From the human T2T-CHM13v2.0 reference genome, Homo sapiens: a stretch of 64,000 nt of DNA. The first letter of the stretch is position 1. The number at the start of each line of letters is the position of its first letter. Positions 1-14,514 of the stretch are shown here, piece after piece. The notes beneath the pieces are model-generated. The model did not search any database, was not told the origin of the DNA, and saw only the letters and a program-made list of their open reading frames with translations. The position numbers and the translations under genes were made by a program. Where the stretch lies: assembly GCF_009914755.1 (NCBI RefSeq), contig NC_060937.1. The stretch is one strand, 5' to 3'.

Positions 1-2798
1 TTTGTTTTATATGTAGCAGAGTTATAGACCTATAGGGTAGATAACTGGAAACCATGTTAGAAATGTGTATCTCAGCTCCCTCCTTTTACAAATAAGATCA
101 GAGCAGTTAAATATGTTTAAGATTTCATAGCTACTAAGCAGTCATTCCTCTCTATAATTCTACCTCTGTAATATAAATCCTTTGAAAAAGCCACAAGCAA
201 ATATTTGTAGCATTTCTGGACAAATTAAGATCTTTCTGAATATTTATACAATAGAAATGCCACTTTAAATACACAAAGGAGATGTGCTATTTTAAAAAAC
301 TCAAATTAATTTTTAATGCACATAAATATCCTTTCATCAATACAGTTCTTAGACTTGAATTTTTAAATAGTATTTTATTTTCCTGGGAAAAGGAAGTAAC
401 TGTATTATATCCTAAAATTATGATAATGAAAAAATCAATGTTCTTATCACAACAGCTAAAGAAATAACTGCAGTGATCCTATCAACTCTGTTTGATAATT
501 ATCGAGAAATGTTTAATATTACTATTCCAATATATAGGGTGCCCAACTGTTTTCACCAACAAGGAAATCTGGAGATTACCCAACTAGAATAAAATCAAGC
601 ACCATTAAATCTGGCATGCCTTTTGCTTTTCTGACACCTGTAAACCTCTTTCCATACCACCCCCACCTGGTTTTTAATTTATTGACTACACATTTTAGTC
701 AGCTGCAGGCACCATCTGTTTCTAAACACTTAGCATCCATGCCTGATAAACTGCTGTATAAATACTTTGGGGACTTCCTTTGTACCCGTTGTCAACATTT
801 CCCCACTACATTTCCATCTTCGGAGCTTACATTTCCAATCATACCTTAAATAAAATATCCAATTACAGTCTGAGAAAAGTCTCCAGGTTTATAAAAGAAG
901 ATAAGTAAAATCATGTTATGTTTAGAAGACATGTGAGAAGTCACATCATATTCTCCTCTTATCTTTATCCAAGGTCTTGGTTTTCCTTTCAGAGGTTATA
1001 GCTCAATTTCAACAACATGCTCACACCAATGCAGCATTTTATTTCAACAAATATTTCAGTGCCCACATGTTGCAGACACTGAAACATCATGGTATTGGGG
1101 GGTGGGGGTAGAAGTAGGTTAGCATTGAAACCAAGGGGTTAATTTGATCAGGTATGCATGCTCTACTCTGCTTGGGTTTTGTTATTTCTTTTTCCTTCTT
1201 CCATGAACCTGAAGGCCATGGTAGCTACTTTTAACTTTTCCATAGGCTAGGAAATCTGTCTCACTTAGGCATGCCTTGAGGTATGTATACCTAATCTAAT
1301 CTCCAACTTCTTTGCCTGTCCCAAGACCTCTTCCCCATGGCTGTTGCCACCAGCCAGTTCCTCCCATTCTTACAGACTCTAGTTTCTCACTCTCATCTCT
1401 AAACATTCATGTGGTTGCTGGAATTCACTTTAGAATCTAGAACCAGGATCAATCACCACGTGTTCAGGGAGCCCCAAAGCAACTCCTGTTCACCCCCAAA
1501 CAATAACAGACATTAACACAAACAACAGCATAAGCTTAGAAATATGAAACCTGCCAAAAAACAGAAATAAAAGATAGTAAAAGAGTCTGAGCCTATTAAG
1601 ACAGGGCAGAAACAAGATTTTAAATAGAATCACGAAGTCTGACTAGGCGGATTTTCACAGGGTTTTTCAAGGTCAGCTGGTTGATTTCTTCCTTTTCTCC
1701 TGATTTGGGGTTTTTGTTGGAGTTTTGTTTTTGTTTTGCTCTTGTTTTGAATGACTCCAATAGCTCCTTCCCACATCTTGGTCATCCAAAAGGAAATCTA
1801 TAGTTTTCTCATCATCCAGAGGCTACATTTAGCCACTTCAACCCACACTTAGAACACCAAGAGTTCTGTCTGGGAGAACTGAGTGGGGAGAAAAAGGTAA
1901 GCGCTCTGGTTCCATCTGAGTTCACCAAGTCCCAATATTCTGTGTGGGCATTTAACAGAAAGAGGTTTTCCAGCTTCACATGCTGTGAAGAAATCCCTGC
2001 AGCTTCAAAGGGGTGTCAGTGGGAACCTTCCCTGTGTATATTTTCTAGCTTCTCTGTGGGTCTAAAATCTCCCCAGCTGAAACTCTGAGGTGGGACCTCC
2101 CATCTATAGACCTCCTATTTCAGCCTGACCTGTGAAACACACAACCTAGGTTCTTACTGTGGAAGAAGCTGAGTCTTTCTTGTTTTAGGCCCTTGACTGG
2201 TTACCTCATGCCTTTTTTAAAACTAAAACATCTTTGGGCAGGAACTTTCTACCTGTTTTTTGACCATGTATTTAAGATCAGGTATATCTAAGGGCAAGTT
2301 CACCAGACCTGCTTCCCACACAAGATGCAATGTTTTCAGACATCATTCAGACTGTTATCTTGCAGTATGCTTCCCAACTGAAACCTTACTAATTGTTCAA
2401 CACGATAGGTAAGATTTCTTATGTAAACTTGTACCATGAAAACATCACCTTATGAATATTAAATAGTGAAGAAAAAATAAAATTAGGATTTTCTCAGAAA
2501 ACTTTTAACTTCTTGAAACATTTCAGCATATTTAACGAAAATGCTTGAAGTTAAATATGAGTCCTATACAGATAGGACTCAGTATATATCATATATATTC
2601 AGATAATATATGGACTAGTGTTGGTCTAAAAGTTCATTGTAAATTATTTGAGATTCAGTAAGTTTTTTCATAAAGAAAATGATATGTGGTGCTTAAATGA
2701 CGGATACCAATCTTCATTAGCACATTTGATTCCTAAGGCATTGGCATTTAATTTGACACTCATTGAATTATTTCCATTGTAGTAAACCTAAACCTCCA

Positions 2799-3208
2799 TG
2801 TATACTCGAGAACCGGGTTCAGTCTAAGTCCTGCTGCTCGCTGCACAGAAAGCCAATCATTTAGACAATCAGTACTGCCGAGCAAGAAGGCTTTATTCAG
2901 ATGCTACAGCTGAGATGGGTGCTCAGCCTGAAATCCATCTCTCTGACTGACTAAAACTAGGGGTTTATAAAGCAAGGAAGAAATGTTAACAACATGTAAG
3001 AAAGCAGGAACTAATGAGGAACAAGGTGACATCTGGTACCCTGACCTGGTGAGTTTCAGTTCTTTGATACTTTGAGAGGCCTGAAGGTTCTTTCCTGAAG
3101 AAGGAACTCAGATAAAACAAATACAAGTTTCAAGTTTTAACAGTAGAAAGGTCAATTTCTATGTTTATCCAAAAACAACTGTCTATGGGACTACTGGGCC
3201 ATTTTCGG
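2799..3208 (-). mobile_element. ERV1 (MER4-group) solo LTR, MER66-like
   Basis: ccgggttcagtctaagtcctgctgctcgctgcacagaaagccaatc...gaaggctttattc resembles the reverse of the MER66 3' end; reverse AATAAA near 2892. Confidence 0.7.
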
Positions 3209-4920
3209 TGGGAGACGAAAACTAATGCTTACTTAGCAACTACTAAGTGCCAAAATGAAGTAGTATGTTAAGTCCTACTTAATTTCCTATTTACAAGGCA
3301 TTTGAAAATCTAGTCATGGAAAGTCTGATAGGGCCTATAATTATATAATCACATGTTAATGTTGAAATCTTTCTAGTTATTGCAGAGCAAGAGTTTTCCT
3401 CTATGCACCAGGGGGCAATGCTTGGTCATAGATGTAAAGATGAGTAACAGTGTTTCTACTCTCAGTGGAGCTTTAGAAGAATACACAAAGAAACCTAAAC
3501 AGGTCAATGCCCTTATAACAGTACTGCATTAGTCCTTGACTTCCATAAGCAGCATGGGTCTAAGATTGACTAAGAGGTTTGGAGTCAGATATAGATGCAC
3601 AAAACTGTTTCAGTAAACATTCATCCTAAGACTCAACCACATTATGGAACCTAACTTTACAGTTGTCATGAAGCTGTATGGGAAAACATATGGAAACAAG
3701 TACTTACTGTGTCTTGTGTGAAAAAAGCTTTAAAAAAATACGGGCTCCTTTCTCTTTCCTCCTTGATATCTCATGTCATCTGTCAAATTTCAAAACGTGT
3801 TTTTAGAAGATGAAATTCCAGATTTCTGAACCACAGAGGAAAATGCCCAAAGCTGGGAACATAATTGCTACTCTATGGGGCAGCCTCCACAGTAATTGTA
3901 TCTTACTGGTATCTTACTTCTTCCACTGTAAACAGTTTTCCAGAAGCAAAGAGCTGTGGGAATGTGGATTATCTGTAAAAGATAGACCTTTCATTATCAC
4001 TTAACACTGACCACAACTTGCTTTGGAGTTGAATCCCACGTATGTTTGCAAATACTTGTTGCTGCAAAGGGATTTATTTCTGAACTGATCCAATGCTATT
4101 ACTTAGAAATAACTTCCATTACGGTTCCTTTATCTTCTTGTTTATTAGGTCTTCCTTTGTTTAGAGTGACCTGGCAAAGTGTGGTTAACAGGACTTGCAG
4201 CAAAAGTTGAAAAATCCATTAGAAGGCTCAGTTGAGAAGGGAAAAATTGAGAGCCTATGAACATTTGAGGAAATGCCAGAGGCTTGTTCAGAATTTTCTT
4301 ATTAAACCCCAGATCTAGCTAGCAACAGGTTGTTTCCTGTTAAGTGAATAAGGAATGATCTCTAAGGTGCCTTCTAGCTCTAAATTTCTATGAGTTGAAG
4401 CGGACAAGGTTTCCTTAAGAGAGCAGGTATTTTAATGATATGAGAAGTGGATCCGAGCCCTTAAGCTCTTTTTTAGAAATTAATTTCAAGGCGCTGGTTT
4501 ATGTTTTCAGTATTCAAAGCCCAAGCCTGTTATTACTCTGTGGAGGTGAGCTTCTTTAAAGGAATGTGCCCCTTTGTGTGATGTGCACAGCCAAAGCAGC
4601 ATGCATTTTTTAACTAGGTTCACAGTATTGGGGTAAGTCCATAGGAAGCGTTTGAAGCTAAACAAATGTTCCCTAACCTTTTCATCCCAGCCTGGAGTAA
4701 GGAAAGAAATTCAATGTCCTGTGAATTTTAGTTCTCATTTTAATCGGAATTCTTATTTGTCTTCAGTCTCAATTCTTAATCTAGGCTCATCTTAACTTCT
4801 TTCCAACACAGATCCTTAAGCTGCTTTGAATAACTCAATACACAAAAATTACTATTCAGGTTTAAGTAGTCTTCTTTAAGCAGCCCAGGTATGAGGAAGA
4901 AACTGAGCTCTGACAGACTA

Positions 4921-5105
4921 GTAATAGCTAACATGCCAGGCCTTACAGCTAAGGGCCTTACATCAACTCATTTAATCTTGTAATTACCCTGTGAAATAGG
5001 GACAATTAAGATCACCGTGTTATCCTCGGAGAAAATTAAGGCATAGTAAGTTTCCCAAAGTTACATAGATATTAAGTGACAGAGACAAGTTACAAACCCA
5101 GGTTC
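4921..5105 (-). mobile_element. MIR SINE
   Basis: ctcatttaatctt...gagaaaattaaggcatag...ttcccaaagttacatag...aaacccaggt is the reverse MIR core. Confidence 0.7.
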
Positions 5106-5214
5106 CTAATATGACCTTACAAGAGCTCTATATTAGACAGATTTACCTTGAACTGATCCCCAGAGATTCTGATTCATTTACAGTGGGATGGGATGGGATG
5201 AGATGGGGCTGGAG

Positions 5215-5734
<520 letters not shown>

Positions 5735-6894
5735 TAGCTAACATTTTTAAATTCTGCTGATTCTAACAAGGCAGTGGGGTTGATAACTAACTATTCCTGG
5801 TACATAGTTAACTCTGGTTTCTTTAAGGGGTGATATTAGAGGATACAGAAGGTGGGCCATTCACTTTTTACTACATAATGTGTTTGATACAAGTATACAT
5901 TTCTTTTATAAAATAATATACCAAGTTAAAGAAAACAATAAATATATTTTTCAAGGTTTCCTTTGTCATTTACTTATGGATATAGAAAAAGCAGTTGATG
6001 TTGTCCTTGAGGCTTGGCAATGGGATAGGTAGAGTAGGTAGTGAGGAAAGGTCCTTAACCACAGTCTGTAGGCAAAAGTCAAGAGTTGCTCAAAGAGTGA
6101 GTGATATAAACAGCCAAGAGTCAATTCTTAGCAGACAGAGAATATTTCCAGGAAGACTTTGGGTGGCTCTAGTACCAGATGGGGATTAAAAAAAAAAAAA
6201 ATGGAAGAAACTAAGCAGAAAAGTCAGATACCAAAGAACTAAAGTCCATCTGGTCCTGATACCTGGACTTTGCAGACAGAAGTGGAGTCCAAACCTGAGA
6301 AGATTATCAAGAATCCGGGGAAACTTTATTCATGAAGGAACTGGGATCCTAGCAGGATCCGCAGATGTAAAATAATATGGACAGGTAAGACCAAGGCTCA
6401 CTTCTTGAAACTAAAAGATGAAAGCCCAATTAACTAGGCCAAGGTTAGAGAAGACCAGCAGCACAGCTGGCCTGACCACGAGCCTCTACCTGAGCTTGCC
6501 AAATGCCAGGGGCCTCTGCTGTGTCCCTACCAGTTCCACAGGAACAAAAATGATCTGGCTGCTAGGACTGAAATTCTGAAGGGACAGTGGGGCAAGGAAG
6601 TTTATTACATGTAATTTCACTTGAGCAATTGTGACACACTCTGAATTATAATCTTTCTTGCTATGAACTAGTTACATAGTCAGAAAAAAATCAGATGCCA
6701 TTGCAATTAATTCACATAATTAGGACACACCATCCCCATTACACTCTCATTTTTACGTGACACGAATTCCTTATCTTGGTCCAGCTTTGTGATTTTTAGC
6801 ACAAATCAACTAGTGTGGTAAAAGTTAATAAGTAGAAAAAGAAAACAGCATGAATTGACACATAAGGGATGTTTATCAGATAAAAGCTAAAATA

Positions 6895-7229
6895 GGCCCA
6901 ACATAGTTGCTTACATCTGTAATCTCAGCATTTTGGGAAGCTGAAGCAGGAGGATTGCTTGAGGCCAGGAGTTTGAAAACAGTCTTGACAACATAGTGAG
7001 ACCCCATTGCTACAAAAAAAAAAAAAAAATCAGCTAGGCATGGTGGCCTGAGCCCTTTCCCAGCTACTAAGGAGGCTGAGGCAAGAAGATTGCTTGAGCC
7101 CAGGAGTTTGAGGTTAGAGTGAGCTGTGATTGTGCTACTGCACTCCAGCCTGGGTGACAGAGCAAGACCCTGTCTCTAAAAACAAAATTAATATATATAC
7201 TTTAAAATAAAATTTAATAAATATTTTTT
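6895..7229 (+). mobile_element. AluJ
   Basis: ggaggattgcttgaggccaggag and gaccctgtctct J diagnostics; TSD aaagctaaaata on both sides. Confidence 0.93.
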
Positions 7230-8540
7230 AAAGCTAAAATATAAAGGGGAAGGTATGTGGAACCATTATGTTCATATAATAATTAAGTTATCCTTAAATT
7301 TTTATTCAGTACAAGAGAGGAAACTTTTGAGAATGAAAATTGCTCCTAATACTGACTGTTAAGAAATATGTGGATACACACCCAAAAAAAAATACCAAAT
7401 TGTGCTGGTGAAATATTTTCAGTAGCCTACTCAGGGGCATCCTTTGAAAACAGTATCATCTTTTCAATTTGACACATTTGCTTTAAGGTAATAATAAGAA
7501 TGTGAAAATTAATAAGTAATGATGATAGATCAGATACTGTCCACAAATCCTCAAATTCATGGAACTCTTTGGAGACAGAAACTTCAAATAGTGTCCACTA
7601 CATAGTAGATAATGAATATTTACTGACTTGAAAGGATGGTGTGTAATGATTTGTACATTGTACATCACTGGGGCAGACTTGAGATTGCTAGGGTATATAT
7701 TACAAAAGGAATTTAGTGGTCCAACAGAGTGTATTTTTGATGAAGGTATTTTAGTCACTTACTGAAATAAAATAGGGGTCTTTCATAGGTTGCACTTAGA
7801 ATGATATGTACTATAGACATTTACAGTCTTTGAAATATAAGAATTACTTATATGGACTCCTTATTAATGTCTTTAATGGTATATTTACCTGATTTTTTTT
7901 TCTCAAAATTTATTATTTTATTTATGCTCTATCAGTTTAACTTCTTAGATTTTTTCTATTCCTTTAGGTTTTTTCTATTTCGAGAAACTAAATACTTCAA
8001 AAATGTCGAGTCAACTTGGAGACACATCTGTTTTAGTTTCTTATTTCTAAAAAAAAGTTGAACAAATTAGTAGCATTCTATATATGCTGGCATGTTTTTT
8101 GCCTCTTTAACCTTTTTTATACTTTCAAAGGTATCTATCCTTTTCTATTTTGCTCATATTCAGGATTTTTTTTTGGCCAATTTATCTAAGACAATTTTCA
8201 TTTTATTCTAAATGTTTGCTGAGTATTCAGTTCTGTGGCTTGCCAAGAGGCCCAACCTTGGAGACTTTGAAGTTATACAGCCAGAGAGACATGACTCATT
8301 CTTTTTTGCCTAGTAATCTCTCATTAGTTGGCAGGTAAACTCCACTTAAAATAGATGTTCTGGCATGGAGTTAAAATTGTTAGTGAGGCAATGACTGAGA
8401 AGAGGTGGCACCTCGGGGATTCTATCCCATCCTCTCCCTTTACGTGGGGTTCCACCACCAAGACAGCTTCCATTCCAGCAGGGGCCTTCAAGTCTATAGA
8501 AAGCCAGGGCCAACTCACATATCTGTTAAGGACTTCACTG

Positions 8541-9011
8541 TGTGTATGAGTTCCCTATGACCTCTGTCATAAATTAACACAAATTCGGTAGCCTAACAGA
8601 TATTTATTCCATCATGGCTCTGGACGTCACAAGTCGGAAATCTTTTCACTAGACCAAACCAAGTATTGGCAGTACAGTGCGCTAGAGGAAGATTAATTTC
8701 CTTGTCTTTTCCAGCTTCTAGAGCTGCATTTCTTGCATCCTGGCCCCATCTTTTATCTTCAAAACCAGCAGCATAGAATCCTACTCCAGTGGTCACATTG
8801 CCTTCTTTGTACCAAATCTCCCTCTGCTTCCCTTCTGTAAGAACACTTGTGATTACATTTAAGGTCCACCAGGATAATCCAGGATAACTCCCCCTTCTCG
8901 AAGTCCTTAACCAAATCACTTCTGAAAAGTCTTTTTTCACATGAGATAACATTCACAGTTTTAAGAGATTAGGATCTGAATATGTTGAGAGGCGTCATTC
9001 AACCTATCACA
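8541..9011 (-). mobile_element. MaLR LTR, MLT1C/D-like
   Basis: tttccttgtcttttccagcttctagagctgc, aagaacacttgtgattacatttaaggtccaccaggataatccaggataa; ends ctatcaca. Confidence 0.85.
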
Positions 9012-9264
9012 GTATGTTACCATTCATTTTTTAACTTGTTTCACTAAGCACATATTTAATGTGTTTTTAAAATGTCTATGCCTTTGAAGCTCAATAATTG
9101 AGCTTTCTGTACTCCTTATTTATTTTGGTATTCATTCATTTACTCTTTTCACTAAGATTTGAGTGGCTACATTGTGCCAAACAGCCAGTTGACTCAGATA
9201 AAACAAGTATTTTTAAAGTATTAGGCAGAAAATTTAAGTAACTAAGTATGACTAGTTTATTAAG

Positions 9265-10260
9265 GGCTCCATAGAAAAAGTTGACCACATGCAAGAATAG
9301 ATGGATTAGATAAGCAGAAAAATGGAATCAAATGGAAATACTAACAAATCAAAACACTAACAGAAATAAATAATGCCCCTGATAAGTTCATCAGTAGACT
9401 GGACACAGCTAAAGAAAGAATCAGTGGAATTGAAGATAGATCAATAGAAACTTCCCTAACATAGAAACAAAACTGTCAAGCAAAATTGAAGCTTAACCAA
9501 TCAGAAACGTCCAGCTGACTTTTAACTAGAGACTTTACCAATCAGAAACCACCAACTAACCTCTAAGGACTTCCCATTTTAAAACCAATCAAATTCTTTT
9601 TTAATCTTTCTTCTGGAAACAGAAGTTTCCCCTTGAGCCCCCTCAGTGGAGCCCTGAAGTATTTGTGCCTTGCACTGCCCAACTCATGAATTGCTGAATG
9701 CTCAAATAAACTCTTTAAAATTGTAATGTGCCTAAGTTTATCTTTTAATGGAAATAAAAATGGCCAAGAACTTTCCAAAATTAGTGACAGACATCACACC
9801 ACAGATTTAGGAAGTTCAGAAAACACCAAGTAAAATAAATACAAACAAACAAAACCTATCCCTGGGCATGTCATATTTAAACTGCAGAAAATCAAAGACA
9901 AAGAAAATCTTTAAAGAAGCCAGACTGGTGTGGGGCATGTGGGGACACCTTACCTTTAGACAGACAAAAATAGGAATTACAGTACACTTCTTGCCAGAAA
10001 CCATATAAGAAAAAAAAGGTTAAATAAGCACAAATCCCCACCAACGTAGAATTTTATGTACATCAAAATTATTATTAAAATTGAAAGAGAATTAAGAGTG
10101 TCACCAAAAAAAAAAAAAAAAAAAAACATGGAAAGCATCACCAAGAGAAGTTCCCTTTAAGAAATGTTTTTAAAACTTTAGGCAGAAGGAAAATAACATT
10201 GGTCAGAAGCTTGGATCTACATTAAGAAAGGAAGAATATCAGAGAAGGAATAAATGAAGA
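9265..10260 (+). mobile_element. Old L1M ORF1-region fragment
   Basis: catcagtagactggacacagctaaagaaagaatcagtggaattgaagatagatcaatagaaac and catatttaaactgcagaaaatcaaagacaaag are typical L1M ORF1 sequence. Confidence 0.8.
9472..9749 (+). mobile_element. MER4-group ERV1 LTR 3' part (LTR54/MER57-like) inside L1M
   Basis: Repeated ccaatca boxes; ends tgctcaaataaactctttaaaattgtaatgtgcctaagtttatcttttaa. Confidence 0.65.
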
Positions 10261-11210
10261 CATGATGGTCAGTTTTATGCATCCACTTAGCTAGCTACAG
10301 TTATTTAATCAAATACTGATCTTAGGGTAAATGGCCATCAATCAACAAGTGGATAAAGAAACTGATATTATATATATATACACATATATATGTATATATA
10401 TTTATATATGTATATTTTATGTATTATATATATTTATATATGTATATTTTATGTATTATATATTATATATAATAACATATTATATATCATATATATGTGT
10501 ATATATATGATGGAATACTGCTCAGCCATAAAAAAAGAATGAACTAACAGCCTTTGCAATGACCTGGATGAGACTGGAGACTATTATTCTAAGTGAAGTA
10601 ACTCACGATGGAAAACCAAACATGGCATGTTTTCACTGATATATGGGAGCTAAGCAATGAGGACACAAAGGCATAAGAATGATACCACGGACTTTGGGGA
10701 TTTGGGGGGAAAAGTGAGAGGGGGCGAGGGATAAAAGATAACATATATGGTGTAGTGTATACTGCTCGGGTGATGGGTGCACCAGGATCTCACAAATAGC
10801 CACTAAAGAACTTACTCATGTAACCAAATATCCCTGTACCCACAAGAACTTATGGAAAAATAAAAAATAAATAAGGTACTGCTGTGAAGGTGTTTTGCAG
10901 AAGTGATCAAAGTTTATAATCAGTTGACTTTAAGTAAGGGAGGTTATACTAGATAATTCAAATGGGCTTAATCCAATCAGTTAAAAATTCTTAAGAGCAG
11001 AGCCAAGCTTTTCCTAAAATGGAAATTCTACCTGTGGACAGCAGTTGCAGCTTCAGGTTTAACAGCCAGAGTTCCAGCCTGCCCCTTCTGACAGCTTGTC
11101 CTACAGATTTGGGGATTGTCTAGCCAGCTCTTCTTGCATAAGCCAATTGCTTACAAAAAAGTTCTGTGTCTTCTACTGTTGTTTTTTCTGGTTGAATCTT
11201 GACTCATACA
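10261..11210 (+). mobile_element. MLT2 (D/E-like) LTR split by L1PB
   Basis: 5' part tgatggtcagttttatgcatccacttagctagcta...cttagg (10261-10326) resumes as ggtactgctgtgaaggtg...aatcagttgactttaagtaa...gactcataca (10875-11210). Confidence 0.8.
10327..10874 (+). mobile_element. L1PB1-like 3' end
   Basis: gacctggatgagactggagactattattctaagtgaagtaactca...ctgctcgggtgatgggtgcacc...ccactaaagaacttactcatgtaacc, A-tail; internal (TA)n expansion about 10366-10508. Confidence 0.9.
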
Positions 11211-11214
11211 GAGT

Positions 11215-12175
11215 CAGAATAATTTTTTAAACTGTTCTTATTTAATTAATCCAAAAAATAGTTGACTATTAAAAATATAGTCACGATGTATTGAGTGAAA
11301 TGAATGACAACAATGTCACAAGGGATCGTAGGGTAGAATTGGGAATAGTCCATCATAAATTACTTGTACTACCTGTGATGTGCTATAGGCTTATTTGAAA
11401 ATAGACATGTATTAGTTAAAAATGTATATTGTAAACTCAAGGACAGCCACTAATTTTTTTAAAGTATAATTGATACGCTAAAAAAGATAAAATGGGATCA
11501 TATTAAATGCTCAATTAAAGAGAGGAGGAAAGAAACAAAGAACTCATAAGTATAAATGATTAAGTAAATGAGAGCATCATGCTGTACATAATATATACAA
11601 CTAAATAAATCCTTAGACTTTTTAATTTAAAAAAAGACTCAAATTGATATAGATATACAGCTCTCAAGGAGGTAGAGTATAACTTCCCGTGAGTGTGGGC
11701 TCACAGTGACTTCATTGCAAAGAGTATATTGTGGAAAGGGGGGAGGGAAATAACTTTACAGTGGAGAAATCTTTCAATAATCTATGACATCCAACATAAT
11801 GTCTTATTAGCCCTTATCAAGCCTAATATCAGCAGGAATAAGCCATGTTACCATTGATGTGATGTGATGAGAATGGCACTTTGCCACTTCGGTATTCTTC
11901 CCCAAAACTCATAACCTCAATTTAATCATAAGAAAAACATCAACCGAATCTCAATTGTGAGACTTTCTAAAATTACCTAAACAGTACTCCTCAAAACTGT
12001 CAGGGTCATCAAAAACAAGGAAAGTCTGAGAATGTGCCATAGTATGAGACGCATAAGGAGATATGACAACTAAATGTAATGTGGACTCCTGGAACAGAAA
12101 TAGGACATTAGGCAAAAGCAAAGGAGATCTGAATAAATTGTGGGCTTTGGTATAAAATATACTAATTATAAGTGT
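11215..12175 (+). mobile_element. L1M continuation and L1MC-type 3' UTR
   Basis: aaatgctcaattaaa inter-ORF motif; ctcctcaaaactgtcagggtcatcaaaaacaaggaaagtctgagaa...atgacaactaaatgtaatgtgg. Confidence 0.75.
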
Positions 12176-12698
12176 GTGCATATATGTACTTAGACATAAT
12201 TAGAATTTTAATTTGAATGTATTTAATTGTAAGTAAAATTGAGCATCTTTTCATGTATTTAATTCTTTTTTATAAGGACAGAATTTTTTGCAAATTAGTT
12301 ATGTATCAGAAGGAAGGAAAGAAAGGAAAAAAGAAAGAAGAAAAGAAGGAAGGAATGAAGGAAGGACATGCTGAAACAGGGAGTGGATTTCCCATTTTAA
12401 CACTTTTAATTCATTTTACTTATATCAGTCCTAACTTTGATTTTAAATTCTATTATAGTCTAGTTTTTTAAAATTTTTAAACTTTTATTCTTAATCTTTA
12501 ATTTTAATTTACATTAATATTTTAATTATTAACTTTCAGTCACTTCTTTTTTTAAATTACCATTTCTACAGTATTCCCTTCTTTTATACAAATTTGTTTT
12601 GTTTATAACAAGTACTGACCTGTTTATGAAGTATGTTCTAACTGCAGTGAGAAAGCCAGCATCACGAATATGAAAGCTGGGAAAATTACTTTCCTGCT

Positions 12699-13254
12699 TG
12701 TATTATTAGCTATTGCTGCATAAAATTCACCCCAAAATGTAGTGGCTGAAAACAATAGTCATTTATTATATCTCCATGATATCAGTGAGTCAGGAATTCA
12801 TACTGGGACCACAGAGCAGCTTGTCCCTACTTCATTACGTCTGGACCTCAGCTGGAAGGCTTAAAATCTTGTGCCTAGAATCATCCAAAGGCTGCTTACT
12901 GAAGGCTTTTTGAAATCATTTGAGTCCAGCTGTCAGCTGAGGTCTGAGCTGGGGCTATGGGCCAGAATACACACACATGGACTCACCACGTGGTCTGGGC
13001 TTCCACACAGCCTGGTGGCTATGTTCTAAAAGTAAGCGAGCTAAGAGAAAAAAGAGGAATCCATACTGCTTAATTACAACCTGGACTTGAAAGTCACACA
13101 GCATCACTTTTACCATGTCCTATTGGTCAAGGCAGTTCCAAATGTGTATTCAGTTTTAACGAGGAGACAACATTGTCAATGTCATATTCTTTAACAAGCA
13201 TATGGGATGGGATACATATTGGTGAAGCCATATTTAGAAAATACAATTTGCCAG
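12699..13254 (-). mobile_element. MaLR LTR, MLT1G/H-like
   Basis: tgtattattagctattgctgcataa...caccccaaaatgtagtggctgaaaacaa...gaaagtcacacagcatcactt...gaaaatacaatttgccaga. Confidence 0.8.
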
Positions 13255-13459
13255 ATTATCAGATACATCTGAAACAATCCTTTATGTTTCTTACAAATAA
13301 ACTTTGTGGCTTCCAAGTTTGGCTATAAAAATAGACAAACAGATAGGTAAACAGACTTCACCTGGTTAACTTAGAATAATTTGGTACAACACATTTCTCT
13401 GTCCCAATTGGTTGATCAATGGTTGCTTCTCCCACATATTGTCAACTACTCCCATATTC

Positions 13460-13840
13460 TACAAATATTTTAGAGTCCATGTTCCGGTCACTGCACTAGG
13501 GTCTGGAGAAATATTGGTAGTATTACAGAATCCCTGCCCTTAATGAGCTACAGGTTTATGGGCAACACAGAAAGCAAGCAGGAAATTATAATTCAATGTG
13601 TTTCATATGTTAACAATGGTAAGTATTGGGTGCTGTGGAAGCACTTGGAATAGACACATTACCTAGGCCTGGGAATTGGGAACAACTTCCCAGAAGTACC
13701 ATATGACTTAGAATGAATAAGTAGGAGCTATCCAGGAAATTGGTATCCGTGATGGAGGAAGGGAATGGGTAAAAGTATTCAAAACAGAGGGAAAAACAGG
13801 TTTACACTTCTAGGAGCAAGAGAAAATGTGGCATAGTCAT
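13460..13840 (-). mobile_element. L2 3' fragment
   Basis: acaaatattttagag...cactgcactagggtctggaga...ccctgcccttaatgagctaca. Confidence 0.6.
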
Positions 13841-14514
13841 CGATCAGACCTTGTAATCCCAAGGTGCTATGCCCAGGGCCTCAAATGTACTATGCAAAGC
13901 AGCTGAGATTATAAGTCCAGCTCAGAGACCCCTTCAGGTCTACTATACCCTCTGTGAGAGACTGACTTTTGTCAGGTTTTGTCCACTTATATATCCCCAG
14001 TGTCTAGTATACCTAGCACATAGGGATGCAATAAGTATTTGTGGCTTCATACTTGGATTCCTGTCTCTGAATATTGACTTTGAATGAAAACGCTACTGGA
14101 CAGTCTTGCTATTCATTATTTTCCATCCTAGATGCAGCCTTTTGGCTCAGGCTCAGCTCCATAAATTGTGGCCTGAAGAAAAGACCTGCCGTCATAGGCT
14201 TCCCAGCTCCAACCCAGGCCAGCAACCAAAGCTACTGCTCCTCTGAAAGTTCTGTCAAGCACTTAAAGAGCTAACAGGGCATTTGAAAATTCATGGTCCC
14301 CAGTGTCTTCAACTAAGATATGACAGAAGCCATGGCAGTAGACCTGGAGTTGGTTATATCTAGAGAATGATATGGCTCACACTAATACCTTTGCCCTACC
14401 TTGGTAAGGACACAAGTGATGCTCACTGTCCTGATATACATGCCTGCAAGAAGATATAACTGAAGGGCTTTATCCATATAGCTGAGCTTATTGCACCAGC
14501 CTCAATCTAAAATT

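Noticed and set aside
1891-4551. Possible plus-strand micro-exons (donor at 1897; 2366-2408; 4511-4545)
   Set aside because: AG...GT(A/G)AG pairs are frequent by chance, polypyrimidine tracts are weak, and there is no coding signal; needs RNA data
6020-6600. Purine-skewed stretches resembling very old Gypsy-type LTRs (also about 26400-26860 and 30300-30510)
   Set aside because: Compositional impression only; no termini, TSD or consensus match I can state
10366-10508. AT-rich minisatellite-like tract
   Set aside because: Common (TA)n expansion at a typical position in L1PB; the same occurs at 30030
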